A DNA stretch of 60,025 nt, the filler included, from Asterionella formosa (lineage: Eukaryota): the NCBI GenBank assembly GCA_002256025.1. It is 10 parts of 10 records of this genome, joined end to end, with 100 filler letters (N's around TTAATTAATTAA, not from the genome) between each part and the next. Parts side by side here need not be neighbours in the genome. Positions count along the whole stretch, not along the records: positions 30,110 to 36,018 come from NKIB01012886.1; positions 36,119 to 42,025 come from NKIB01012887.1; positions 42,126 to 48,026 come from NKIB01012888.1; 7 more parts are not named here. One strand, given 5' to 3'. The first letter of the stretch is position 1; each line of letters begins with the position of its first letter. The notes beneath the pieces were generated by a model that worked only from the letters and a program-made list of their open reading frames with translations, did no database searches and was not told the origin of the DNA. The position numbers and the translations under genes are program-made. Below are positions 34,101-46,921 of this stretch, one piece after another.

Positions 34101-35150
34101 CTCCTGAGATTTGGCGACTCCATAGCCAGCATCTCAGATCCAGCTAAACTTCAACACCAAGACTGCGCCACCATTCTATCCAATCGTTTTAATCAACAGT
34201 ATATTCTCAACTGTCTCCAGGCAGCTCGTCTGGCTCTCCGCACAGCGCATCTTGAAGCTTGAGCCCTCTATGCAGCCCAATCCTCCAACATCAATGCAGA
34301 GGCCGCTCTGAATAACATTCTCAAAGCTGAAGAAACTCGCAGTACCTTCCAGACACTTCGCAAACATGCCAAGGGAATAAGATTCTCACCTCTACAATGA
34401 GTGTAGATTCCTCTTCTCTCTCCAGATGGCACTCCCACAAGTGCAACTACTTCCATATCTGATCCAGCATCTCTATTTTCCGCTATCATTGCCAAGAACA
34501 AAGCCAAGTGGCCTTCTCAACACCTTTATTCCCCCATTCTCCCGGAATCACCAAACTGATGCGATTCTGAAAGGCACTTTCGACACCACCAATATTGATC
34601 CAATCGAGGAGGTTAGCCTTTTTCTCTGCACAATGGCAATCCCAACCTCTCTCCAAGGCATAGACTCTGCTATAGACATTACCACCACTGCTCCTGACTT
34701 TCAACAAAGTTTTAAGAAACTCCCGAGTATACAGCATCCAGCCCCTTGGGTCGCCATCTCACCCACTATAAAGTTCTCGCCAGGGACGAGAAATTATCGG
34801 ACCTTCTCGCCTTTATCACTACTCTTCCATTCAGTATTGGATTCTCCCCCAAACGATGGCTCACCGCAATCCAAATCATGGTGGAAAAGGTTCCCGGCAA
34901 CCCTCAAATTCATTGATTGCGAGTCATTTAACTTCTTGAGGCTGACACGAACCTTGCCTTGTTCAGAACACTTTGGGGCTGGAGACTACTCTATCACGCC
35001 CTTTCACACGATGCCTTAACCCCCTGGAATTATGGGAATCTCCCAGGAGCAGCTGTCTCAGCAGTGCCCTACTCTTGAAGGTCGTCTCTTACGATGTCAT
35101 TTGATTGCGATGAACCACTTCAGTAATATTCAACAACGATTCATAAACAT
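31200..35150 (+). mobile_element. Degenerate non-LTR retrotransposon (ORF1-like region, AP endonuclease, start of RT), 3'-truncated
   Basis: APE motifs RVVFQNCN, LSETNINW, ITAYQVC, LLMWDSN, RLIDFIHG, DHRAIYVD. RT N-terminal region SPLGRHLTHYK..RWLTAIQIMVEKVPGNPQIH*LRVI*LLEADTNL. Upstream CGWLLYS and a Ser/Thr/Pro-rich region. Many stops and frameshifts; no YxDD before the sequence ends. Confidence 0.88.
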
Positions 35151-35633
35151 GCGCTGTTCTACAATGCTCCATTGTTTTCAAGGGATCAGAGGGCCCAAAA
35201 CAAAATTTGATATATAATTCACTATTTATCTGTTTAGAATACCAGTTGGAAGTGAACGTCATCTTCCTATTGTTGTTTCCACCAAGTCACCATACTCAGA
35301 GTACATTTAATTGAGTCCACAATTGTTATAAAAACTAACTAATTCCCATTTAGGAATCATACTATTTTATTTGTAAAAATAGTACCGGTAGTCTAAAAAA
35401 AATATTTTGCATTTGTCATTATTTTTTGTCGTCCTATGTCACAGTCAATGGGCTGACAAGGAGAACATTAACCGATAGCTAGATCTTCCGGAAAATCTTT
35501 CACAGCAGAATCGCCGAGGATCAACTTGCTGCCTGCGGACGTCTTTTTGCTGACTTAATTTGCTACTGCTTTCATTTGCTGAATACTGACATGAAATCGC
35601 TAACTGCTAACTTCAGCTTGCTGACGTCAAGCA

Positions 35634-35832
35634 AAATACTTTGTACATAGGAAGAGACCAACTACCAGTTTTCGAATCGTGTTTACTTTTCACATTTGAA
35701 TAATGATGGAAAGGCATCTTTTCGTTGTTAGAATACTTGTACATAGGAAGAGACCAACTACCACTGTACGAATCGTGTTTACTTTTCAAATTTGAGAAAG
35801 GATGGAAAGGCATCTTTTCGATGTTGGAATAG
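35634..35832. repeat. Tandem duplication, 96-bp unit
   Basis: TTGTACATAGGAAGAGACCAACTACCA at 35641 and 35737. Confidence 0.9.
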
Positions 35833-37597
35833 TAAAAGCGATGCCTTCTACGTTTATACTATTGGGAGTAACACGGAGGTAAATGGTACTCCGAACATAA
35901 AAAACAGTAAAATAGACATTAATGCCTGAAAAATAACATTGCTATCTACTTCTTCATATTACTACCACAATGTACTATCGTAAAAATGATGACTTCAACT
36001 TGCCAACTAAGGACTATGNNNNNNNNNNNNNNNNNNNNNNNNNNNNNNNNNNNNNNNNNNNNTTAATTAATTAANNNNNNNNNNNNNNNNNNNNNNNNNN
36101 NNNNNNNNNNNNNNNNNNCATTTATCCATGGGATTCTAGAGCACTGGTAATAGTTAAGAGGAATAGTGTATGATTTTATGCAGTTACAATGTCCAAATGA
36201 ATTATTGCTGTTCCATTTTTAATCCAAACACAGTTCCAGTACATTACCTTTGTCAGAGTGTGTCTGTTAGGCTGTTGATGTCGACAGGTGTCCGAAGACT
36301 AGGTAGTCTGAGGAATGTCTAAACGGAAATAGACAGGATTTATATAGCAGAAGAATCTGCAGACGAGCGGCGTGAGAAAGATCTTGACCGGTCATTCCAG
36401 GGCAGTACTGGAGCGCGCTAGAGTTGCGCCATATATTTCAACATACCTTATACTCCCTCACCAAGTATACCTACTAGTACATACCGTAAGTTCACTGGTG
36501 AAACATGTATCATCGTGGTACCAGCTGCAATACCAGTATATCGCTCTCGGTGTGAGTGATATGCTGATGATGTGATGCTCGATTTCGACATCAAGCATTA
36601 CATCCAAGCTGATTCTGGATTCCGTTTCTCCATATACTCGCGTGTACAATTTGTCGTGTGTAGATGACTGGTACAAACGGAACACACCGACCTGAGTGTC
36701 CGGTAAAATGGTTGTGCAACTCATCATTAAAATATATTTTGAATATTTCATAATATTCGCATTTTAGCAAGACAACAGACGCCAATTGCCCCTCGGTTTT
36801 CCAGCCCTGGGATTGCCGAAATCGGCAAGGGGTCTACTTAAGGAAACCATTTACCGGTATATACTATACAGATTCTAATAATTTATATCTAGAATTCACC
36901 TCGTTTTTGTTCGTCTCCTGAAAAGTGGAATCCGGCAATTCACCTTTCACCATGCCAATCGTCGTCCATCATGACCGGTTTGAAGCGAAATCAGTTCCGC
37001 GATGACGCCAGTAGCGATTCTTTGCCTAACGGATGCTGTTGATTGTTGGATTGTTTGTCTTCTCGAGGCATTCATGTAGTCGCATCGTCCATATTTCGTC
37101 GGACGAACGATGATATCGATACATCTGATGTTGGTGGCAAGTTTTTGCTCCGGTCATGTATGTAATGATGGTTAACGGATATTCTACCGGTACTGGCAGT
37201 CATCTAGTGTGCATACGTACGTGGTACGAAAAACAAAGATGCATGGTTTAAGCTATACTTTAACGCTTACTTTGAACACGTTAAAAAATTATCTCTGTAG
37301 GCTCAGTATTGTTCACATATTCATTGATTTTACGTACCATATGCCCGATTTCGTCCTCACAAATATAGTTCTCACTCTATCTTGCCTGCCTTTGCTCTAT
37401 TCGGGCTTGCAATGGCAACGTTCGTCTCTCTTTGATTCCATCATCTGCTGCTTGTAATGCTAGTTGAAGCGGATCAGTGTGTACAACAGTGAAACACTGA
37501 ATGTGGATTGTACATAGTATATATCGACTTTCTGATTTGATTGCTTAAAGGATTTAGGTAATAACAAGAAGTAAGTACTAGAAATATAATTGTTAAC

Positions 37598-38880
37598 CTA
37601 ATTATGATTAGATGCATCCTCTTCAGCTGTTTCTATGAGAGCTGCAGAATTTTTGGTCAGTGCATCAATAGCTTCAAAAAGTTTGGCTTCAAAAAATTCG
37701 ACAAAACTGACATTCTCTTGATACTCTTTACCATCACATTTTTGTGACACTTCATTGCTTGCTACTTCAGTCCGAGCTTCCTTTAACTTTTCGCGGTACA
37801 TAGTACTTATAACATCCATTAGTTCCTTCTCTCGTTTTACAAGAAAAGTTGCTCAAGACAATTCTGCATTGGAACTTTGAGAGGCAAGTGTCATTTGTGT
37901 ACCACGCTCATTTGCTTACGAAAGTTCTATAAGCGTGTCAACCACTTGTTTGGATGTGTTTTCAAACTCATTGCTGCCATATTTTCTACCTTTTCTTCGT
38001 TGAACAGGCAGCTTGGCAACATCATCCTCTACAGGAATGTGAATTAGACTGTCCATGCATAGCAGCACCATCACTTAAATTTGGTACTGCATAGACACGG
38101 AAATGTGGCACCTGTTGAAGCCATAAATGATAGTAAAAAAATAAGTCTGGTTTTGAGTGAAATTGTCAAAGTTATCGTGTTGACCAGAAACTTGTTATTG
38201 GGCGCGCTCTGACAATAAAAAATTATTATATCATGTGTATTAAAACACAAATCGTTGTACCCATAACCCCAAAATTTGTGTTTGTGTTGACCAAATTTTT
38301 TACAGTTATAAATAACAGTGCATTATATAAAAAGATGTTTAGACATGAATGACTATATAGAATTTCTAGGAATATTTCAAGACTCGCTTGCTCATACTCA
38401 AAATGGCTTATTGAAAGCCTCTGAAAATTGTTTGCTATCCTACATACATATCAAAAGTGAGGGGATAGTTGTCATCAAATCCGTGGTATTCAATAAACTG
38501 GGTGTGTTTAAATGCCATGGATCCAACTGTCTTGTTGATGATTCAGGAGTAAAGGGAGCGCCGTTTCTTTTCAGATACTTCTTTGCTTCTTTTGATGATT
38601 TTTTGTTGTACCCCATAATGTTTTGAAGATCAAGAGTCTTTAACCAATTCTTAATGAGTGCAGTTGTTATCATCTTTTTTCTGTGTCCGGCGATTTTAAA
38701 GTGAACGCAAATACGACAAAGTCATTGTAGCAATATCTGTTGAAAGAGCATGTCTTTTATTGTCATCAAAGGCCCTTCGTTGTCAATAAAGAAATCAGCA
38801 GGAGTGATACATGCAACCCACTAGTCATCCTGTTTCCTTGCTGCAGAGTAAGTTTCATTGTCCAAAGATTCAAATGATGC
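37598..38880 (-). pseudogene. Interrupted relic resembling a stramenopile Harbinger-associated second ORF
   Basis: LCRICVHFKIAGHRKK (~38675-38725) and SGQHDNFDNFTQNQTY..YYHLWLQQVP..LSDGAAM (~38060-38190) recall an oomycete/diatom TE-associated family. The two parts are separated by the repeat at 38200-38410. Assignment is from memory. Confidence 0.4.
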
Positions 38881-39952
38881 CATTACGTAAGTCGTTTACA
38901 AGTGATGAAAAGCATTATTCCATGAGTAGCTAGAGATAATAATAATTGCTGCTAAGAATGCCTCCTCCCAAAATTCATTTCTGTTGTTGCCATTAGAGAT
39001 AAAAATGGTGTCTTTGTTATTGATTAAGTTAATTACATGACATACTCTCTAGCTGGCAAATTGAAAGCCATTCTTGTCACCTGACTGGACCATCAATGTT
39101 GCGCTCTTGTTTGGTATGTTTTCTTGCAGGCGGTAGGTAGTTTGAATATTATCATGAAAAGCATGCATCATATCTTGTTTTGGTTTTCCATCTGAAGGCT
39201 GCTCTTAATGCAGGTCATCCCTTCCTCTCTTCGGACTTTGTTCCAGCTTTCTTTAGTACTCCAGATTCTCCAGCTTCGATTGTGTGAGATGGTTTTGGCC
39301 ATCGCTTTGCACGATATGCTATGATCTCTTGCTCAAACTTTTTTGGAGAGGTGATATTGAAAAGTTAGACATTGAGCGCCTGCTTGTGTTCCGGCACTGA
39401 GTGCAACCAAGCTGCTGTTTCATGTCAGCATACTAGGTGAATCAATACCTTGACTGTGTGTTCATCACCAATCTTGCACATGTCTGGAGATGCAGACATT
39501 TTTCACGCATTGTACCATGAGGTCCATGCACCAACTTTGATTTGATATCAAGTCAATATTTTCTATTCCTTCTTTGCTTAGTGAGAGCAAGCCATTTTGG
39601 GTATGAGCACCAAGCAAGTCTTGAAATATTCCGGGAAATTCTATATAGTCATTCATGCCCAAAAAAAATAATGCACTGTTATTTATAACTTTAAAAAATT
39701 ACCAGGTTTACCAAATTTGGTCAACACAAACACAAATTTTGGGGTTATGGTTACAACAATTTGTGTTATAATAAACATGATATAATGGTTGCGCCTCGAA
39801 ATACAAAAAAATTTGTGCCAAAATAATTACATCACAAATATTCAAAACAGGGTTATGAGTACAGTAATTTATGTTATAAAACACACATGACGAAATATTT
39901 TTAATTTCGAAGCGCGTTCGTTCCATATAATTTTTATTATCAGAGCGGGCCC
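38200..39952. repeat. Pair of long inverted repeats (38200-38410 and 39590-39952)
   Basis: GGGCGCGCTCTGACAATAAAAAATTAT..CCATAACCCCAAAATTTGTGTTTGTGTTGACCAAATTT..CATGAATGACTATATAGAATTTC..CAAAATGGCTT recurs as its reverse complement; the right copy has an extra ~140 nt. Confidence 0.88.
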
Positions 39953-40418
39953 AGTTGGTTCGAATTGGTCGTCTCGCAATCAATTCTTAGCTACAAAACC
40001 GGTAAATGATTTGGAGGTTGTTGACTGTACTATGTAGAAAATCAACGACAGGTCGTTGAGAAACTGAGCGATGTGTACCGGTATCACACCGGAGTAATAC
40101 TCCCTACCGATATGGATGTATTACCCGATATTCTGATCAGGCAGCAGAATTGAATTATCACCACCGGGTTTACTTTTCATTTGGTTCTTGTTTGAGGGAA
40201 AAGTGAACTTTGCGATGCGATTTGTTGCTTCTTGCGAGCGTGATCAAAATTCACTTTTCTCGCAAACAAGAACCAAATCAACAAAAGTCAAAAAGTCGCT
40301 CGTCAACGCAATAAACAACTTCACTTGACTTACATTCAAGCTGCCATTGCTAATGTCTTCACTAGAAAAGTGTGTCAAACTGATGAAAGAAAATGATAAA
40401 TCAACGAACAAATCAAAC

Positions 40419-42025
40419 ATGGCGACTTCCGCCCGTACGTACATACTCCACTACCCAGATTCAGAATGATGCTCCAGTTACGAATGCGTAAGCCGAACAA
40501 GCAGAGCTCGTTAAGAATGGATTCTGTCCTAATCATGCAGACATTCGGCTTCGCAAAAAGAATGCGTTTGGTGGATGGTGCCCTAAATGTGATCATGAAC
40601 GTAGGCCTCAGCAGCCTCCTTTGCCAGCAAATCTTTCAGAGATGCAAACGAATGAGCGGAATGCTGACATTCAAGAAGAAGGTCTCATGAAGCTTCAGAA
40701 CTTGGTTGAAAAAAAATGACAACATCCAGGTGGCGATTGCTGAAGCAGAAGGGATCACTAAGATTCTGTCTGAAGTGAAGAATCATCCATCCAATGCTAC
40801 AGTGCAAGAATATGGTTGTACAGCGCTTTGGAGCTTGTCTTCGAATGACATCAACCATATTGCGATTGCTGAAGCAGATTGTATCATTACCATTCTTTCC
40901 GCTATGAATAATCATTCATGCAATGCTACTGTGCAAGAATATAGTTGTGCAGCACTTTGGAATTTGGCTTCGAATGACAACAACCAGGTGGCGATTGCTG
41001 AAACAGGAGGTGTCAATAGGATTCTGTCTGCTGTGAAGAATCATTCATCCAATGCTAATGTACAGCAGTATGGTATTTTAGCACTTTGGAACCTGGCTGT
41101 GAATGATAACAACAAGGTGCTGATTGCTGCAGCAGGAGGCATCATTAAGATTCTGTTTTCTATGAAGAATCATTCATGCAATGCTACAGTGCAAGAATAT
41201 GGTTGTGCAGCACTTTGGAATTTGACTTCGAACAACAACAACCAGATGGCAATTGCTGAAGCAGGAGGTATCTCTACAATTCTGTCTGCTATGAATGTTC
41301 ATTCATCTCATCCTACCATGCAAGAATATGGTTGTGCAGCACTTTGGAACTTGGCTTCGAATGGCAACAACCAGGTGACAATTTCTGAAGCAGAATGTAT
41401 CACTACAATTCTGTCTGTTATGAAGAATCATTCATCCAATGCTATCGTTCAATAATATGGTTGTGGAGCACTTTGGAACTTGGCTATGAATGACAACAAG
41501 AAGGTGGCAATTGCTGCAGAGCAAGGTATCACTACGATTTTGTCTGCTATGAAAAAGCATTCATCCAATTCAACCATGCAAGAAAAAGGCCTCATGAAGC
41601 TTCAGAACTTGGCTGTGAATGAGAACAACCAGGTGAAAATTGTTGAAAGCAGAAGGTATTACTACAATTTTGTATGCTATGAAGAAGCATTCATCCAATG
41701 CTGACATTCAACGCTATGGTTGTGGAGCACTTAGGAACTTGGCTGTGAGTGGCAACCCCAACAGGGTGATGATTGCTGCGGCAGAAGGTATCACTACAAT
41801 TCTGTCAGCTATGAAGAAGCATTCATCCATTGCTTATGCTCAACACTTTGGTTGCGCGGCACTTTTGAACTTGGCTGTGAATGAAAAAAACCAGGTGATG
41901 ATTGCTGAAGCAGAAGGTATCACTTTGATTTTGTCTGCTATGAAGAATCATTCATCCAATGCAGATGTTCAACACACTTTGGTTGTGGAGCACTTAGGAA
42001 CTTGGCTGTGAATGAGAACAACAAG
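40419..42025 (+). pseudogene. Armadillo-repeat protein (44-aa/132-bp repeats) with an N-terminal C-H-CxxC motif; disrupted and contig-truncated
   Basis: About 10 repeats of GIxTILSAMKNHSSNATVQEYGCAALWNLAxNDNNQVAIAEA. Lesions: TAA near 40488, A8 frameshift at 40709-40716, TAA at 41453, +1 near 41647, +2 near 41975. Confidence 0.85.
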
Positions 42026-42568
42026 NNNNNNNNNNNNNNNNNNNNNNNNNNNNNNNNNNNNNNNNNNNNTTAATTAATTAANNNNNNNNNNNNNNNNNNN
42101 NNNNNNNNNNNNNNNNNNNNNNNNNGGTCAATGAAGAAGCAAGTCATTTCAAGGACAAGAAGGAAGCCAGTGTGTGATGCATTCATGTTGCAACTTCGTG
42201 CAATAATGCCTCTTCAAGAATGAATGATTTTTTCATTCAGAATGCATGGCTTCTGCTTGTCTTGCAATGTCCTTACAGATGTCTCATAATGCCTGCCTTC
42301 TCAAGACTGAAGATGCCATTCTGAAAGAACTGCTTCGTTTGATTGCATATCGAGATTTGTTTCCCATGTAATGTGAAATACCGGTTGTTGAATTAGTAAT
42401 CAACATTATTTGATAGTACTTTTAAAATACGTAAAAAAATTTAATAAATTTTGTGAACCATATTATAGAATTACGTGAACAAAAATTTAAGGCAATGTTA
42501 ACTGAATTACAGAATTAATTGAAGTATTTCAAATAATTATGTGAAGTATTTCAAATAATTATGTGAAG

Positions 42569-42763
42569 GTGATCACGTAATATAGTGATGATCAGGAATG
42601 CATGCATGATACTCTGATCAAATAATTAACGTGATGTATTCAGATAATATATAGATATATTCAAGTAAGCATTTTGATGTATTCAACTAATTCATGTGAT
42701 CCATTCAAAATCAACTAGGCATATTTACGTGATGGTCACTTCACGTAATACGCGGCTTAGATG
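42569..42763 (-). repeat. Dispersed repeat / DNA-transposon terminus shared with 59831-60025
   Basis: 195 nt match in reverse complement; identity stops sharply at CATCTAAGCCGCGTATTACG; multiple A(C/T)GTGA sub-repeats. Confidence 0.85.
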
Positions 42764-44459
42764 TAGGTAAGTTCTTGCAGGGAGATGCTCCAAAAGCATG
42801 ATGTTTTGATTTGGTGAATATATTTTTATCAAATATGTTTCAATTTAAAAATGCTAACATAATTCATGACACACCAGCTGGTCTAACAGAACATAGCTAA
42901 CTTCCAGACTATGGATAGCTAGTGATGACTTTATTAGGTGTGAATTCACGCTTTATCGTTTTGCGCAGTCAAAAGACATTGACAGGGGAAGCCATGGATA
43001 CCAAGCAAGTCTGGCGTGGCTGATGTGCTTGCTTCGGTGTAGCTATTCTATAGGCAGGACAAGCCGTGGAGAACCATGTTTAACAGAAAACAAATCTGGT
43101 GTGACCAAATTTCAACTCAGTCTTCGGGCACAGTTTGAATTGCAAACACGTTTTGTTGGTTCGCTGATCAATGCCAGTACAGAGGCATTTTGCTTCATGG
43201 TGCTGAAAGGAAAATTCCGATTGCAACAAAAATATTTGGGTTTCAATCCAGATATTCTACCGATTTTGTCGACATTGGTGGGAAACCACTTATTAAAAAA
43301 AGTGTGAGGGAAGAAAGATCAGTTTCAAATGGTCTTACTGATCAATGGACTGATGAAATTGATTTACTCGGATAATAAAAGGAAATCTACACTGGACTTT
43401 CACAAAAGAATCGATCTGAATATGAAAGGCAGGAATCCTAGTGGAATTGCTACTCCCACCACTAATATCATCTACCCATTCTCATTCTTTATATTTCACA
43501 ACGTAAGTAAAGAGGATATGCATCAATATGTTAAATCACTTCAAACAAATGTTCCTGAAAAGAATATTGATTATAATGACCGCATTAATCAATGGGACAT
43601 TGATGACGATGTTGATTTTGATTGGATCTAATAGAATCCAATGCATACTTAGTAGTTACATATTAATTATAGTTAGTGTGAGACTTCTACAATGCAAGCC
43701 ATATCATAGATGATAGGAAAACATTGAATCTGCTCTATACTACTATTATTATTAGTGCCACCTGTACTACATGTAGCGGTATACCTCCATTTTTACTACT
43801 TTTACTACTATGGTGGAGTGATAATTTCACGACTCTGTATTTTCCAGCACAGCATGTTCGAAGGGGCGCTCAATTTATTATTATATTTTAATTCATTTTC
43901 ATTCTATCCTTTTCATATCCTGACTTGATCATCATTTGCAATTTGCAATGTATTTGCGGACATTGCAATGGTGTTATCTGCTGTGTAACTACAAATTTCG
44001 GAAGAACAAATTCCCATCTGAGTCTCACAACTGAAATTGTAGCAACCGTTTTTTTTATGCATGTGGTCACTGTCGACATTGCATGAAAGAACATCAAGAT
44101 CCTAGAATACATAGTGAAACTATGTATTGCGGTAGTGCATCGAATCATTCAAGGAAAGAAGTTAATGATGGCAGTGTAACTGCTGCCGCATCTAGGGAGA
44201 TTAGACAAGAAGAGATTATGTGTCCTATCCTTGAATCAAGTGACCACAATCATCCACTTCATGACGACAGCAACGATTCAGTTTATAACAATATTCAGTA
44301 ACAACAAGACGAACAATTGAGACTAAAAACTCTCCAAGGATCGAATTCAGAAACCATGCAATATTTAGATTTTCAAGATCACACCAGCTTTCTCGCATAA
44401 AATGCAATGGAAATGCCCCTTCTTCCTCAATTTTAACTTCCAAGTAAACATTCCCTAAA

Positions 44460-46355
44460 CATGCATCCAATAGAATTAGAACTCATGCTATTCCTCAACG
44501 ATAGTTATCTTCCACCAGTTTATTTTGATCATCTAATGAAATGGCTGTTCAAGGCAAAAGCAATGAAATATTTCGATGGAAGGCAGGTATCAAGCTCCTT
44601 CCTACCAGACTTTGAAAAAACGCATGCATATTTTATTTCCACCAACATTAGCTAGTTGTCAACTGTTGACCAAACAAATAATGGTCAAATTATAAGTTGA
44701 CCAAACAAATAAAGATTGATAACAATTCAAATATGATCATCCCATGCACACTCTATTATTTTGAACCAGTACAGCTCATGACAGGATTGTGACGTGATTC
44801 CGATATCATGCAACATTTTGTATGTCACCCACAAGTGAAACTTACAACTTGTGGAGAACACATGCATATATGACGAAGTAACTTCCGCGACATGGTTTGA
44901 AAATGCATTCAACAATTCTCCTGCATCAGAAAATGGAGTGTTGAAGACAGGGTGTTTATTTGTTGCCATAGCAGTTTTCAGTGATGATGGTTCACCTATT
45001 GATAAACAAATGAAACATTCCAAGCATCCGTTTTTGCTGACAATGTTACACTTAACGTTAGAAGGAAGAAAAAAGGTTGATGGATGGCAATTAGTATCTC
45101 TTTTGCCAGACATTGAAGTCAGTGATCTGGAGAAACAAATGAATTATAAGTTATCTGGTGACGACTTCTCCTTATGTAGACTCAAATAATATCATTCTGT
45201 TACAGGATTTCTATTGTCGCCTTTCGAAGAGCGATCCAAACAAGTCATACGATATTTCGTGATTGCCTGGTTTCAACTGAGGATGCTGATAATCCTGATA
45301 TTGGATGTGAACGTCGTAAAGTGTCAGATGTTAAAATGTTTTTAAACAAGTTTCTTGACAAAAATGCACATCCCGATGGAAAATTGCCATGTATCCCACC
45401 TGAGTATTGTGTCTCCCAATCTAATGGCGAATACGCAACAGCAAACGAGTGGTGCCGTGTTATATCGCATAATCCTATTATGCCTGCACTAATAAATCAT
45501 TTTTTTGGTGGTGACTTAAAAGGATTATTTGGTGCAACTCCATTTGAGGTTCTTCATCAATTACTACTTGGAATATTTAAGTACATTTTGGAATCTTTGT
45601 TCAAATATCGGACTATCCCTGAAGAATGGACATGTTTTTTTAAAGAAAGAAAATCTCCAGATATTCCAGAAAACATCTCCGATCATAAACGTAACACTGA
45701 AACAACAGACTCTGCTTTTCTTGATCAAGAGCAACCGAAGAAACGGGCAAAGACAAAAAAGGAGCGACACACGCACCAGTTATCAAAAATATCTACACTG
45801 GCAAAAATCAAGACCCAACACTTGTAGCAGCACCAGAATTGCATGTATTTTCGAAACTATACTTCGAAAAAAAATGGGTGCTAGATATATCAATAGTCAT
45901 TTGGAAAGCAAGGCAAAGCGATCGTGATAATTCAAAATTGTCATACAGATCTGGGATGACAGCTTTGTCGAAAATGTCAGGGCGACAAATTCCCGGATTA
46001 TGTCTGTTTCCTATTTTTTCAATGGGTGGAATGATGGGTTCAGAGAACATGCACCTATAAAATGATTTCACATTGCTGTTATGGTTATGTATATCTATCA
46101 ATGACACTTTATTCATACCACAATTTACATTAACATGTATTGATATTTTGGAGGAAAGGGTGAAGAGATATCTTTCAGTTACTAAGATTATGATTGGTCC
46201 CCAACAGGAAATGATATCTCAAATTGGCTTACGAATGGCAAAATTTCATGAAATGAAACATTACCCTCATCTGATTAGGAAGTTCGCTCTGATCTCCTCT
46301 TAATTTCTTTGGTGGATATTTGGAGTCTTTTTTGAAAGACAAATTGAAACGACCC
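44460..46355 (+). mobile_element. Degenerate Plavaka-like transposase
   Basis: YDEVTSATWF, AIAVFSDDG, HPFLLTM..RKKVDGWQLVSLLPD, RDCLVS..ADNP..C, GLFGATPFEVLHQLLLG, RQSDRD..YRSG, KFHEMKHYP..NFFGGYLES, all in the expected order, with stops and frameshifts. Confidence 0.8.
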
Positions 46356-46921
46356 AGTCTGATCTTTTGCAATACACAATTAGCACATAGTTACTTTTGT
46401 GATGAAGTGGATGACAATCACCTTGGTATATATATGGATTGTTATTCCCCTTTTCTGAAATCTCATCCAGATCAAATATAACCTTTACATCACTTGGATG
46501 AGTTCATGAATTATATAATGGATCATAAAGGTAATTGTTTCAAGGTCCCAATATGCAAGATCTTTAAAATCTGAAGATGATTATTTGATACCTTTGACTC
46601 CATAAAATACAAAGGCGTAATTGCATATATCTTGCGGGTTACGAGTGTACAACTCTTTCCACAATTTTAGTTGTCCATGCGATCTCGGCAAACTCAAAGG
46701 AAAATGCTGTTTGCTTTGGCATAATACCTCTACACATTTCACATGCTGACTCTTCACAAAAAAAGGCTAGCTGCCTTCTGGATTGTTTTCAATGATTTTA
46801 CATAGAAATTCTTTTTCTTCCATGTATGATTTGGAAAAAGATTCAATTTTGTGTTTCTGACTTCGCTCCCTAATCAGAGCATCAACTGCCTTAGCCAGCC
46901 AGCATTACATCTCTGTCTGTA

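Noticed and set aside
43023..43631. SET-like motif (GSLINAS) near the Plavaka relic
   Set aside because: Too short and degenerate; other SET motifs not identifiable.
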